Source: Octopus sinensis (Eukaryota). From it: a stretch of 64,000 bases of DNA. The translations under genes and the position numbers were made by a program. The notes beneath the pieces are model-generated. The model saw only the letters and a list, made by a program, of their open reading frames with translations, was not told the DNA's origin and made no database searches. Position 1 is the stretch's first letter, and every line of letters begins with the position of its first letter. Location: contig NC_042998.1 of assembly GCF_006345805.1 (NCBI RefSeq), forward strand, positions 84,940,001 through 85,004,000, in the 5' to 3' direction. This document shows, in pieces, positions 51,463 to 64,000 of this stretch.

Positions 51463-52335
51463 TAGCTGACGTACCCTGTAATTCCCAGGAAAGTGGGGCT
51501 TATCCCTTGGTTCCGTTCTCATTGTTTCTCTAATCCAGTAACAACAATAGAAAGTATGTAGCCCTTAAAACGGTTTTTGTGCATTTATTGAGAATATCGA
51601 ACTGTCTTACACAGGATCTTGTTTTTAGGAATTCCCAATAAATTATGAATACCCAAATTGTGAAATTAATTACCCGATAGTAAGAATTCAAATAAAGTAG
51701 CCCCGAAAAGGGCTTTAATACGTTCCCGAGTAAGTAGAACTTAGGAGGAAATACTAATAAGGTATGTATACTAAAATCGTGAAGCATCTTACGTAATATA
51801 ACAGACTGATCACATGTGAGGTAATAACAATTCAAAGTAAATAATTCTGAAAAAAGCTTTTGTGCTAATGTTGGTATATTCGCGAATAAGTCACTAACCG
51901 AAATAAGTGGATCTATTGTTTAGGAAAATACTGTTTACTTGTTTAAGCGTTGTACTGGATAAATTGCAAAAATAACTCAAATAGTTCAAATACTAAGAAA
52001 TAAGCAAACTCAATTTGATTTATACGAAATAATTTACGAACATGAATGGGTTATTTCCCTTGGCTATATATATATATAAGGATCCCTTTCAGAAGCGAAT
52101 GGGTTATTTCCTTTGGATGTTTAAAATAATATATTAGTTATATGTAGTGGATATAATAATCCCTTCCAGGGGGCCTACTATCGATTTTTTTTCAACAATC
52201 TAAGTATGTCACTAGTTTTCCAGACACGAGTTCTATTTGCATGTCAAGTTTCATCAAAATCGTTAATACTATGTAGGAGGAGTTAGATAACGCCACAAAC
52301 AAACACACCCACAGATTTCCTCATATTTAGTAGAT
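51461..52335 (+). mobile_element. Helentron/DINE-like non-autonomous element
   Basis: Starts ACTAGCTGACGTACCC after (TA)n; ends AAGTTTCATCAAAATCG...ACAAACAAACAC...TTTAGTAGAT. Confidence 0.6.
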
Positions 52336-52559
52336 AAAACAAGATATAATCACTTCTCGCAAGCGAGTATGACTTGGTAGCATGTACCATGTTTTCACTA
52401 ATTGCTTTAGGTGCCTATGTAGTCGCGAGGCGGCATAGATACTTTCTCGGCTCTCCAACTCCTGTACCAACATAACGTTGAGTATGTGACACCTTGCGGT
52501 AGAGAGAGGGAGCGAAAGAGAAAAAGACAGAGAAGGAAAATGGGGAGAGGGAGAGTGAT

Positions 52560-52720
52560 ATGCACCATCACCAGGCTGGTACACAGTTTCAACTGAACAG
52601 ACTGGAAAACGTGAAATGACGTGAGCTTGTTCAAGGACACAACTCGTCACTTTGGTCAGGAATCGAACCCACGATCTTATTTTGCTTGTGAGCCCAACGC
52701 CCTTAACTACAAGGCATGAG
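52560..52720 (-). mobile_element. Partial tRNA-derived SINE related to family C
   Basis: Minus strand GGGTTCGATTCC (B box), then TGTGTCCTTGAACAAG. Confidence 0.55.
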
Positions 52721-52985
52721 AGGAGTAGTGATGCTCTTCAACCGTAGAAAACAAAAACAAAAATATAAATAAAATTCGTGTAATAAGTTTGAGTCGCATG
52801 AAGTGAGCATAATCCTGAATGTTCGGATATTACAGATATTACAACCCACTTAATACATATCTTAGTTTCTTTGAAGAAACTCCCTGTTCATTACATCATA
52901 GCTCCTTACATCATAGTTCACCTCATAGTTTACTGAGTTTCTCTATCGGTTAATATCTACCTCCATTTTGTCTACCTACTTTATT

Positions 52986-53023
<38 letters not shown>

Positions 53024-53591
53024 CAATATCTAAAAGAGTGTATGTATGTGTGTGTGTGTGTGTGTGTATCTGTAAAGTGATCTACATTCGTAAAACTTTG
53101 TTCTGTTTGTGAGGCGTTTTTTAATGTCTATTGACCTTAACACTTTATATGTGCTTACGTGTGTATGTATGCGTATATGTATGTGTATGAATGTCTGTAT
53201 ATACGCGTGTATGTGTGCATACATAGTATGTGTCCCATAAATCTGTCAAATTTTCGAATATAAAACATGCTTATATTTCGTTGCTTTACTTTATGGTGAC
53301 GGTGAAGGACTCGTTATACACATACACACGTACATACATATACATATCTATATATGTTACCATATGCGATGTTCCCAAAGATTGTCAAAACTTACTATTA
53401 ATACAACATCTACTTACATAAAAGACTTTACCTTCACTGCTAAATACATGGTGGTAGCAGAAGGTCTCTGAAACTATTGCTGCTTTTCTAATTGGAATAA
53501 TAACGTTTTAACTACGATATAAACAAATAAGAAGCTGTCATTCGGGGGCTGTGAGGCCAAAAACTATGTTTACTGAATTCGTGGTATATAG

Positions 53592-53803
53592 CTTTTATTT
53601 TTTATCCTTTGTTTTAGTTATTAGACTACGGCCAAGCTGGGACACCGCTTTGAAGAGATTTTATTCGAACGATTCGACCCCAGTACATTTTTAAAGCCTG
53701 GTACATATTCCATCGGTCTCTATTGCTGAACCTCTAGGTTACGGTGACGTAAACAAATTCCAGTTGTCAAGCGGTGGTGTGGGACAAACACAGCCACAAA
53801 GAC
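53592..53803 (-). mobile_element. SINE family A 3' half
   Basis: Similarity to 6606..6800. Confidence 0.75.
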
Positions 53804-54430
53804 GCGCGCGCGCGCTCAAACACACCCGTATTAAATATTAAAAACGCTATATTTTATCAACAAACTTCAAAATAAATGACAAAAATAAAAAAAAAATTAT
53901 TCGGTTGAATCGCAACGACGTTGAAAATGGAAAAGAAAAACAATCTTAGATCCTCTAAGCCATGCAGATTAAATTCCATCGTCGAGTGGATATAAATGTG
54001 TGTGCGAGCGTACGTGTGTGTGTGTGGAGTTACATAAAAATAATCCCTTAAATGAATAAAGGAAGCGGTTGGTCTCAGTTGTATAGCAGGGTATAGAGGG
54101 AATATATGGGTTAATTAAGTACAAATGGTAGGAAGTAAGGGGAGGTTTAGTCGACCGAAACGAGTCCAGTACAAGAGTTGTCTATTCAGGCATAATTGGA
54201 AATCAGTGTAAGTTAATGGACACACACACACACTCAGAGCCCTATATATGTGTGTATGTAAGTATGTATGTATACACATACGTACTATAATATCGGTTTT
54301 TAGAGCCTCGAAATTTCGGCATGTCAAGTGACTCGTGAATTTACCGGTTTGTAACAATTGATTTTCTAACAAGATCTGCTCATTCAATTCTGCTTCTTGA
54401 TGGAAATGCTTTATAAATGGAGACGCAGTA

Positions 54431-54662
54431 TCTTTTATCTTTTATCGTTTACTTATTTCAGTCATTAGACTGCGGCCACGCTGGGGCACCGCCTCGAAGA
54501 ATTTTTAGCCGAACGAGTCGACCTTAGCACTTACTTTTTCTGCTGGTTCTTATTCAATCGGTTTCTTTTTGCTGAACAGTTAAGTTACAGGGTAGTAAAC
54601 ACACAAATACCGGTTGTCAAGAGGTGTGGGTGGGGACAAACAGACACAAAGACACATGTACA

Positions 54663-54700
<38 letters not shown>

Positions 54701-54876
54701 ATACACACACACGACCGGCTACTTTCAGTTTCCGTCTACCAAATCCACCACAAGGCTTTGGTTGGCTTGAGGCTGTAGTAGAAGACACTTGTTTCACGGT
54801 ACCATGCAGTGAGACTGAACCCGGAACCATGTGGTTGGAAAGCAAACTTCTTACCACACAGCCACATCTGCGCCTA
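54431..54876 (-). mobile_element. SINE family A copy
   Basis: Similarity to 6606..7019. Confidence 0.85.
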
Positions 54877-54959
54877 AAACGTAAAGACAGGAGAAATGCC
54901 GCTAAGCATTTTATCAAGCGTGCTAACGGTTCCAGCTCGCCGCCTCAACATAGCTGAAT

Positions 54960-55612
54960 GTTTAAAAAGTTTACAGGTTCGTTGGTTCGATCTCCCTGCG
55001 TGGTATCTTGGGAAAGTGTCTTTTGTCGTTGTTTTGAGTGAATCCAAGCCTTGTGGGTGAAATTTGGGACACAAGAAATGCGAGGAAGCCCGTCGGATAG
55101 AGTGTACCCGTAAGTCAAGGGCCCAGTTTTGTTACTCTCTCCATGTCGTGTTGATTTTGCCTCGATTACGTTAGTGTGTCTGTGGAATGCTCAGCCACAT
55201 ACAAGTCAATTCAATCAACAGGTATTTCAGTTGACTGAACACCTGAAACCTCGTCGCCGAACTGACGGAAGGCCGAATGTTTAAGTGATTTGTTCAACAA
55301 TCAGAAGGTCCTGGGTTTGATTCCACTGTATGGCACCTGAAGAAAATGCCCTTTAACTCGCCTCGGATCGAAGCAAGTCTTGTGAATGAAATAAAGTAGA
55401 TGGAAACTATATGGAAGTCCATCTGATGGATTGCATCTATTATTCAGAGGTACAGCCTTATCACACACCGTGTCCCGCTGATTCTGTCTGAAAATTATGT
55501 TAAAGGTACACGTGTCGGTGGAATGCTCAGCCACATATAAGTTAATTCAATGAACAGGTATTTCAGATGATCCAACAGCTGAACACTCTTCGTCGAAATC
55601 GACGGAGATCCA
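54960..55612 (+). mobile_element. Two tandem degraded copies of a further SINE-like family (A-like head, different 3' part)
   Basis: GTGGAATGCTCAGCCACATA..TTCAAT.AACAGGTATTTCAG..GACGGA occurs near 55180 and 55515. Confidence 0.55.
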
Positions 55613-55689
55613 ATGACTTCATAACTGTTATTGAACAAACTATATTATACAATGAAACAGTAAAAGTCTAGTAAACTGGCAATGTCCTA

Positions 55690-55906
55690 TATTCTTTTCT
55701 ACTCTAGGCACAAAGCCCGAAATTTTGGGAGAGGGTGCCAGTCGATTAGATCGACTCCGGTACGCAACTGGTACTTAATTTATCGACCCCGAAAGAACGA
55801 AAGGCAAAGTCGACCTCGGCGGAATTTGAACTCAGAACGTAAAGACAGACGAATACTACTAAGCATTTTTCTCGGCGTGCTAACGTTTCTGCCGGCTCGC
55901 CGCCTT
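55690..55906 (-). mobile_element. SINE family B copy
   Basis: Similarity to 681..889. Confidence 0.9.
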
Positions 55907-56922
55907 GGCGATGTCCTATATTGGCGAATAGTAAGAATCGCTGAAACAACGAAATATGTTGATTGTAACGAGGAAGAAAATCTGACTTTTCTGGCAGAGG
56001 GTCACATAGTGAGCTACAAAGGGATGGATGGGAGGAGGGAAAGAGAGATGGAGGACACAGAGGAGTGTTTATTAGTGTTGATGGATAAATTAGCAGAGAG
56101 TAAGTGAGAAATAATAATTTTTTGCTGTTACGATAATTAACCTTCATTATAGTATTAATGTTTTTTCACTCCTACTTTGTACTAGATGTGAATTCAAACT
56201 GAATCCAGTACTGGGACTCTGGTTCGGGAGTTCCAGGGTCTGCGGAAGTGTAGAACCACTTCTTAACCCTTATTCTTGCCAGGTCTACCCTGACCGAAGA
56301 AGTAGCATCCGACAGGGCCCCAGCTATGAGTTAATTAGCATGTATCGGATTACTTCCGGAAGAAAGTTACTCACCGACACCTCAATGAATCCATGGCAGA
56401 TGAAACCCTGGCAGATGAGCAGATGTAACACCAGACCAATACAAGTTTGATGGATAACTGAGTGGGACTGGCTCTGCACAAACTATATGTCCACTATAAA
56501 AATATTCATCGTGCAGGTTGTTCAGCAATGCCTTGTCGAAGCGAGAGAGAATCCATCGCTCACTCCTACTACTCTCAATCAATGTAGCTACCAACACTTG
56601 TAAATCTCTGTCTGTCTGTCTGTCTGTCTCTCTCAATTTCAATCTGATGAAGGTTTTGCTCAAAACGTCAAAATTTCTTCGATTGTTTGAATTATTTGTG
56701 CAAGGAACAGTAGCTGGTGAGCAACTGACAACTAGCTATATAAGAATCTTTTAAATTCTTCTTTGAAACCGCAAAAAATTGAGTTAAGTCGTTATATATA
56801 CATACATCTGTATGTATCTAGGTGTGTGTGTATGCTTACACACATGCATACATAGTAAAGAGGCTACATCAATAATTCAAGGGCCAAGACTTTCATTCCA
56901 TGGCATTTCCCAAATTCAGGGA

Positions 56923-57147
56923 CATTCTTTTCTTTTCTACTCTAGGCACAAGGCCCGAAATTTTGGGGGAGGTGGGGCCAGTCGATTAGATCGACTCCAG
57001 TACGTAACTGGTACTTAATTTATTGATTCCGAAAGGATGAAAGGCAAAGTCGATCTCGGTAGTATTTGAACTCAGAACGTTAAGACTGACGAAATACCGC
57101 TCAGCATTACTCCCGGCACGCTAACGTTTCTGCCAGCTCGCCGCCTT
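56923..57147 (-). mobile_element. SINE family B copy
   Basis: Similarity to 681..889. Confidence 0.9.
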
Positions 57148-57378
57148 TGTATAAATAAAATGTACACTCAAATCTATTGAGTTCTACTTCTCCCGTTTGT
57201 ATAAAGTATCTGCATATGTGTGTGTTGTCTCCATTAAAATTATCGTGTTTGTCACACGAAGCATATTAGCACTTTACTATGTCTATGATATATTAAGCGC
57301 TTATGTACAAACATACAAAAAAGAGAATTAAATATGACTTCCTAATAACATGCATGCATTGCTACACACGCGCACACA

Positions 57379-57445
<67 letters not shown>

Positions 57446-57806
57446 CTAAATGTATTTATACTTACACTATGAACTTAGTCACAGTCTATGGAACGTACAT
57501 GTATAAATAGTACGCTTATAAACGAGCTCGTGTAAAAAGTAGATTCCAGCCAAATGCTCTTAAGAGATTCGCTAAATATTTTTCTTTCTTTTTCCCATAA
57601 GACAGTGTTATCTAAGTAAAAGGAAACACTCTTTTCCTCATAGATTCGTCACGACATTATTTGTTACGTTTATGTTTAGACTTCACCGAAACCACCATTG
57701 CCCGCCATCATCAGTCAGTTCTATACTTAAGATATAATCCCTCACCGCACAAGCCAATCCTCTTTCGATATGTATTTATACTATATTTTTATTTCTAATT
57801 TATCCT

Positions 57807-57908
<102 letters not shown>

Positions 57909-58509
57909 TATTATTATTATCATTATTATTACATGAACATATGCAAAGCTTATTTCAGGATCTTAAAATGTCAATGGCTGTAATTGGTAACTGTGTGTGC
58001 GTGTACGTACATTTTTGTGGCTACTGTGCATGTATGTATGTATGTATGTATGTATGTATGTATGTATGTATGTATGTATGTATGTATGTATGTATGTATG
58101 TACATGTATGTAGTATGTATTTATGTATACACACCCATATTCATGTATACATACAAACACGCATACTTACATATAAGAACTTAATACTTATAAAAATCCG
58201 GGTTTGTTTCTCATTTCTATATAAAATTAGTTGGTTCTTATGTTGAGCGTATACGTGCGCACGCGCGTGTCTGGTACATGAATACATACATGCGATATTT
58301 AATGGGTAACTTTTTAAAACAAATCCAAAATATAAAATTTTTAAAAATTGCGGAAAAGAGGAAGCTTCGCTTTTATGTGTGTGTGCTAGTGTGCGTGCGT
58401 GTGCGAGCGCGTATTGCTGAATCGTAATTTCTGATTCTTAAAACATGCATATCTGAAGAAATTACGCTTTCCAACGTACTAGATAACTTCCGATTCCATG
58501 CTATATGAG

Positions 58510-58621
<112 letters not shown>

Positions 58622-58699
58622 ACGCACGCACGCACGCACAAATGTATATATCATCCATTTTCTCCACCCACTATTCCTGGGAGGACTATGGGGGTGGAT

Positions 58700-59110
58700 T
58701 TAATGTCCTCAGGCACCTCTTCCATAGAAGCAACTCCCATTACATTTTCCTGGCTGGATTCCCAAGCGTAACCAACTGAAAGTATAGATATTTTCTAACC
58801 ATCCCATTCTTGGTCTAGCGCTAGTCTCCTTGCCTACTGGTTCGGCTTGAAGAATTCCGCTTTGCGATTCTTTTCTGCGACATTATAATCACATGTCCGT
58901 AGTACCGGAGCTGTAATCGTTTTATAACCAGTAACCTTTTTCAAATGCCACCATACCTGTCGAATTTGGTAACGTTCTTGGAATTTCGAACCGTTTATTC
59001 AACCCACGGAGCATATGCTTCTCATGCCTGAGATATTATTCTCTCATTAGTTATCCTCGAACTTCTGATGATTAGCACTTGCTCATTCCACTTGACATAG
59101 AGTACATGCA
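58700..59110 (-). pseudogene. RTE-clade LINE C-terminal fragment
   Basis: IKRLQLRYYGHVIIMSQKRIAKR/ILQAEPVGKETSARPRMGW matches the RTE pattern QLRWxGHVxRM..PKxIL..GxRxxGRPxxRW. Confidence 0.65.
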
Positions 59111-59122
59111 GATTCAAGAATA

Positions 59123-59348
59123 CCGTAATCCCTCGCCATATCGCGGTTCACCTATCGCAGTTTATTATTTAAGCTTACGTCGATTCCTCTGTGGTGTTGT
59201 TTTGCATTTATGATAAAATAAATATATATAAATTATAAAAATTAAAATAAAAAAAGATATACAGTACAGTACTGTTTCTACTTCACGAATTTTCATCTAT
59301 CGCAGTGGGATTTGGAACGTAACACCCGCGATAGTCGAGGGATTACTG
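59123..59348. mobile_element. pogo/Tigger-like MITE
   Basis: TA-CCGTAATCCCTCG..ATCGCGG / CCGCGATAGTCGAGGGATTACTG-TA. Confidence 0.75.
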
Positions 59349-59444
59349 TATATGTAGATTCACTGGCCTAGCAACTGAACACACAACTAACACAAGATCA
59401 ACGCTTTTATTCGATACCCTATAATCGCACAGAATAATTACGTA

Positions 59445-59627
59445 TAGGCGTAGTAGTGGCTGTATGGTAAGTAGCTTGCTTACGAACCACATGGTTCCGG
59501 GTCCAGTCCCACTGCGTGGCACCTTGGGCAAGTGTCTTCTACTATAGCCTCCCCCCTACCAAAGCCTTGTGAGTGGATTTGGTAGACGGAAACTGAAAGA
59601 AGCCCGTCGTATATATGTATATATATA

Positions 59628-59676
<49 letters not shown>

Positions 59677-59914
59677 GTGTGTGTGTGGGTATGTGTGTGT
59701 TTGTGTGTCTGTGTTTGTCCCCCCAACATCGCTTGACAACCGATGCTGGTGTGTTTACATTCCCGTAACTTAGCGGTTCGGCAAAAGAGTCCGATAGAAT
59801 AAGTACTAGGCTTACAAAGAATAAGTCCTGGGGGTCGATTTGCTCGACTAAATGCGGTGCTCCAGCATGGTCACAATCAAATGACTGAAACAAGTAAAAG
59901 AGTAAAGAGAGTAA
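59445..59914 (+). mobile_element. SINE family A copy
   Basis: Full head, internal (TA)(TG)n, tail GTAAAAGAGTAAAGAGAG. Confidence 0.9.
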
Positions 59915-60269
59915 TGGAAAGAAGCATTAAACCCAATATTTTTATGGTCCTATGTTTAACGTGCTTTCTTTCTTAATGATAGCCCTTCCCTCTTTTGTAG
60001 TGACCTATGTGCTAGGCTTACTGAACTAGTTATCAGCGTACAGTACCTGCACTGATTGTTTCAATCATTTTATCTTTATTGCTCCCTATCTGTTATCTTG
60101 CTTGTTCCCTCAGGGTTAGATAGAGTTTGTGCTGCCCGGAGCAGCCCTCAAGTTTGCTACCTTTATCCCAGGCCCCACCTATAAGCCTATACCAGCTTAT
60201 ACTGCAGACCCAAAAGTGACCCCTACCCCCACTAAAAGCGTCGCCCTAGGCAGATTTCCTTCCTCACTT

Positions 60270-60640
60270 TTGGCTAACATCAACTTTGCCTTTCATTCTT
60301 TTGGGGTCGAAAAAGTGAAGCACCATTCAAGCACTGGGGGCGATGTAATCGACTAACCCCTAAAATTGCTGGCCTTGTGCAAAAAGTTGAAACTATTATT
60401 TATAGCTGTAGGGCAAGCGAACAGACAGACTCGTTAAAGCATTGGAATAAATGTCTTGCAACATTTCTTCCGGCTCTTTACGTTCCGAGTTCGATTCCTG
60501 TTAAGGGCAATTTTGCCTTTCAATTTTTTGGGATCGATAAATTAAAGAACCCGTCAAATACTGGAGTCGATGGTATTGATTTTCCCCCCACTCCCATCAA
60601 AATTGCTGACCCTGCACTTAAATCAGAAATCATTATTTAT
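60270..60640 (+). mobile_element. Two degraded SINE family B pieces
   Basis: ACTTTGCCTTTCATTCTTTTGGGGTCGA and TTTGCCTTTCAATTTTTTGGGATCGATAAATT. Confidence 0.65.
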
Positions 60641-60882
60641 AGCTGTATCCATTTCGAAACTTACCCTGAAAGTGATCTATAAAGTGTTACGTATAAAGCT
60701 TCAAATTTCTATCACATAATTAACATGTGAACGAATGGTATAGTGAATATTAAGTATTTGCATGTTAACTTCAATCTATGAGCTTCCATTAGACAACCAC
60801 TAGACAACCTACTCAATGAAGTAGCTTGCGATGGAACTGGGCATTTCATAGACTCACGCAGCCTTAACGTAACCAAGTAGAA

Positions 60883-61752
60883 CAGGGGTGGAGAAACCCC
60901 CGCAGGCGGGCGCAATTGCGCCCGCGAGCCCATTTTTTGCGCCTGCAAGCTGGTATACGTATATGTGCAAAATAGAGTAAAATTGTCAAGGCAGCGAGCT
61001 GGCAGAAACGTTAGCACGCCGGGCGAAATGCTCAGTGGTATTTTGTCTGCCTTTCATCCTTTCGGGGTCGATTAAATAAGTACCAGTTACGCACTATAAG
61101 CGACTTAATCCGTTTGTCTGCCCTTGTTTGTCTTCTCTGTGTTAAGCCCCTTGTGGGTAGTAAAGAAATAGGCATTTTGTCTGACTTTACGTTCTGAGTT
61201 CAAATTCTGCCGAGATGGACTTTCGGAGTCGATAAATTAAGTACCAGTTGCATACTGGGAGTCGATCTAATCGACTGGCCTCCTCCCCCAAAATTTCGGC
61301 CTTGTGCCTAGAGTAGAAAAGGATATAGTAAATTTTTCAATTATAAAATTTATACAATATTCGTATGCCTATTTGCGACATAGGTCGGGTTTCCACTACG
61401 ACTTAAAACGGTTAGATTCGAACAGAAAATTGTCCGGTAATTTCCATTTGAATGGAAATTTTGTTTTCACTATAAAACACATATTACTATGTTTGTAACA
61501 CCCCCTTGAGACCCAACTACACTCTAGTTGAAAAATATAAAATACCTCAACATCCTAAATTTAGTGGCGGCGTTAATGAAGATGTTACGCGTTAATTTAA
61601 TGTCTTAAACTTATCTTTATTGATGTACCCCTAATTATACATAGATATATACAAGATTTACACAGATATAAAAGTTAGAACTTGTGCTCCGCCCGCGGAC
61701 CTTTTTCTTTGAAAATTTTTGTCCGCCCTACTAAAAAGTTTCCCCACTCCTG
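60883..61752. mobile_element. hAT MITE with 8-bp TSD, containing a nested dimeric SINE
   Basis: TIR CAGGGGTGGAGAAAC / GTTTCCCCACTCCTG; flanks AAGTAGAA / AAGTAGGA (7 of 8 match). Confidence 0.8.
60988..61325 (+). mobile_element. Dimeric SINE family B
   Basis: Same two-monomer structure and junction as 32374..32774. Confidence 0.85.
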
Positions 61753-62400
61753 AAGTAGGACTATTGTGACAAGTTTGGACCTTTGAATTATGGGCTCATA
61801 TAAGTTTCTGTCTTGGGTCATCCTCGACAGAATTTGAACTCAGACCGTAGAAAAAAAAAGGGGGAGGGGAACGAACGTGGAAATCGAACCCACGATCTAA
61901 GAGTCGTGAGACAAAACTCTAATCACTAGGACACGCACCTTCACACACACACACACATACGTCTGTGTGTCTGTGTGTGACAGCCTACTCCCTAAATATA
62001 GGTTTGTGCGTACGTATGCGTTTATGTATGCGTCTAATATATGTATGTATGTGTGTATGTATGAAACCAATTGAAATGACGTAAAGCGGTGTAATAGATC
62101 TGATAAAAATATCTATAAACAATATTTACTACTAATACTGCGAGAAGTAAGTTTTATATTGTTGTTTATATCCAATATCGTCTTACACAGCAAGACAGAT
62201 TTAGGTCGAAGTCTGTAAAATAGGTTCAGTTTGGAGGTCTTTTACTGTCTGAAGATTTACACATTATGTATGTGAGACCTTATCATTCATTTTTTTATCG
62301 TTATTATCAGCAACACACCAGCAAATTTCCAGAATATTATAGGTCAGACGCATAAGCTACTCGACACGGCGAAGCGAATTCTAGTTGTGATAATTCCATC

Positions 62401-62497
<97 letters not shown>

Positions 62498-62506
62498 ATA
62501 TATATA

Positions 62507-62540
<34 letters not shown>

Positions 62541-62558
62541 ACTCTGTCTCTCTATCTC

Positions 62559-62615
<57 letters not shown>

Positions 62616-62684
62616 ATATATATATATATCTGTCTGTCTGTCTGTCTCTCTCTCTCTCACCCTGTCTCTCTGTCTCTCTGTCTG

Positions 62685-62732
<48 letters not shown>

Positions 62733-62784
62733 CCTTCCTACCTGTCTGTTTGCCAGCCTGTCTGTGCGCACGCGGACCTGTAAG

Positions 62785-62940
62785 CTTAACTGTGGTGCTT
62801 CAGAAGTTGGCTTCCCAACATATTTTTGGATCCAGTATCTATGTGATTCCTTGGGCAAGTGTTTTTCCTACCATAGCTCTGGGCCGACCAAAGCCATACG
62901 ATCGGATTTGATTAAAAGAGACTGAAAGACGATACCGTTG
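62785..62940 (+). mobile_element. Degraded SINE family A 5' half
   Basis: CCTTGGGCAAGTGTTTTTCCTACCATAGCTCTGGGCCGACCAAAGCC. Confidence 0.65.
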
Positions 62941-63013
62941 TGTATGTTGATTCGCTAGCCTCTGCACGCATTTTTTTCTCTCCTTGTTTCTTTCTGTGTT
63001 TCTTTTCTGTGTA

Positions 63014-63051
63014 TCTTTCTGTTGAAGAGCGTAGGCTCGAAACGTAAAAGA
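63014..63051 (+). ncRNA. Minimal hammerhead ribozyme (A6U mutation) in a solo pLTR-like repeat (~62960..63145)
   Basis: TCTTT-CTGTTGA-A-GAGC-GTAG-GCTC-GAA-ACGT-A-AAAGA: stem I 5 bp, stem II 4 bp, palindromic ACGT stem III, GUA triplet. Confidence 0.65.
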
Positions 63052-63204
63052 CTTGTTTCATTTATATTCCTGAGCGCCATACTAATACAGTTGTTTGTTT
63101 GTATTCCACCTGCCTTCGTCTTTTGTTTATTTTCATAAAGCTTCCCGTTATATATATATATATATATCTATATATATATATATCTATATATATATAATAT
63201 ATAT

Positions 63205-63238
<34 letters not shown>

Positions 63239-63578
63239 TATACATATATAACTATCCGAGAACAAGCGTCTGTTAGCGTCTTCTTATCTTGGTATCACGT
63301 GATAGTCGTAATCGAGCGTCACCATCATGCAAGCATTAGTATTCCTTTCCAGTTTTCCGTGGAAAACGCATCTGGTTATGGAGAAATATCACCTTACTTA
63401 GATGTAAGTGAAGGTTGGCGTCAGGAAGGGCATCCGGCTGTACATAATACGCCTTAACGAATTCCATCCGACCAATGCGAGCATGGAAAAGTAGATGTTA
63501 AAATCGCTGTTATTGCTGATGGTGATAATGATGTATCTATAACCTGCCATTCGTGTGTGAGTGTGTGTCTGTGTGTGT

Positions 63579-63871
63579 GTTTCAGTCATTACACTGTGGC
63601 CATGCTGGGGCACCGCCTTGAATAATTTTAGGCAAAGGAATCGGCCTTGGTACTTATATTTTTTAAAGCTTGCGACTTATTCTATCGGAAATTTTTGCCA
63701 AATTGCTAAGTTACGGGAGCTTCTTTCAGTTTCCGTCTACCAAATCCACTCACAAGGCTTTGGTCGCCCCGAGGCTCTAGTAAAAGATACTGATCTAAGG
63801 TACTATGCAGTGCGACTGAACTAGAAAACACGTGGTTGTGAAGCAAACTTCTTACCACACAGCTACGCCTA
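63579..63871 (-). mobile_element. SINE family A copy lacking the internal microsatellite segment
   Basis: 3' part joined directly to GCTTCTTTCAGTTTCCGTCTACC. Confidence 0.85.
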
Positions 63872-64000
63872 CTCATACGCGCGTGCCTTATGTAAGATTA
63901 GATTAAATTTTGCAATGTATTCAGTCCTGATTTCAAAATTCAATTATTTTTACACCACAGCTGTCACCAGAGAGGAAGGTGCATGCGTATTGCAGGACAT

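Noticed and set aside
56640-56672. CTGATGAAGGTTTTGCTCAAAACGTC hammerhead-like motif
   Set aside because: G12 is lost and stems I and II are weak; possibly a decayed pLTR but unsupported

Overview
AT-rich, microsatellite-saturated eukaryotic intergenic or intronic DNA. It is most likely from an octopod cephalopod (inferred from the tRNA-derived SINE families and the (CA)n/(TA)n/(TATC)n/(TACA)n/(TAA)n density). I found no host protein-coding exon, RNA gene or CRISPR array. Nearly all listed ORFs are microsatellite or antisense artefacts. The real coding signal is decayed transposons: a near full-length Neptune-type Penelope-like element (PLE), an inverted Penelope/Poseidon-type PLE fragment, two CR1-like LINE fragments, three R4/Dong-like REL fragments, CRE-like and RTE-like fragments, Chapaev3-like and mariner remnants. 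There are also several MITEs, two Helentron-type non-autonomous elements and more than 30 SINE copies from at least three families. Most notable: (1) a recurring class of short palindromic elements built from two inverted PLE terminal repeats carrying minimal hammerhead ribozyme folds, one with a compensatory G3-C8 core; (2) a PLE GIY-YIG nuclease split by an in-frame ~182-codon Thr/Ala/Pro-rich insert, inside a twin-priming-like inversion; (3) a foldback element with ~280-bp arms around a telomere-like (TAACCC)n core; (4) perfect 'inside-out' mariner-like ends around a microsatellite. All family assignments come from motif recognition by eye; no database search was run.
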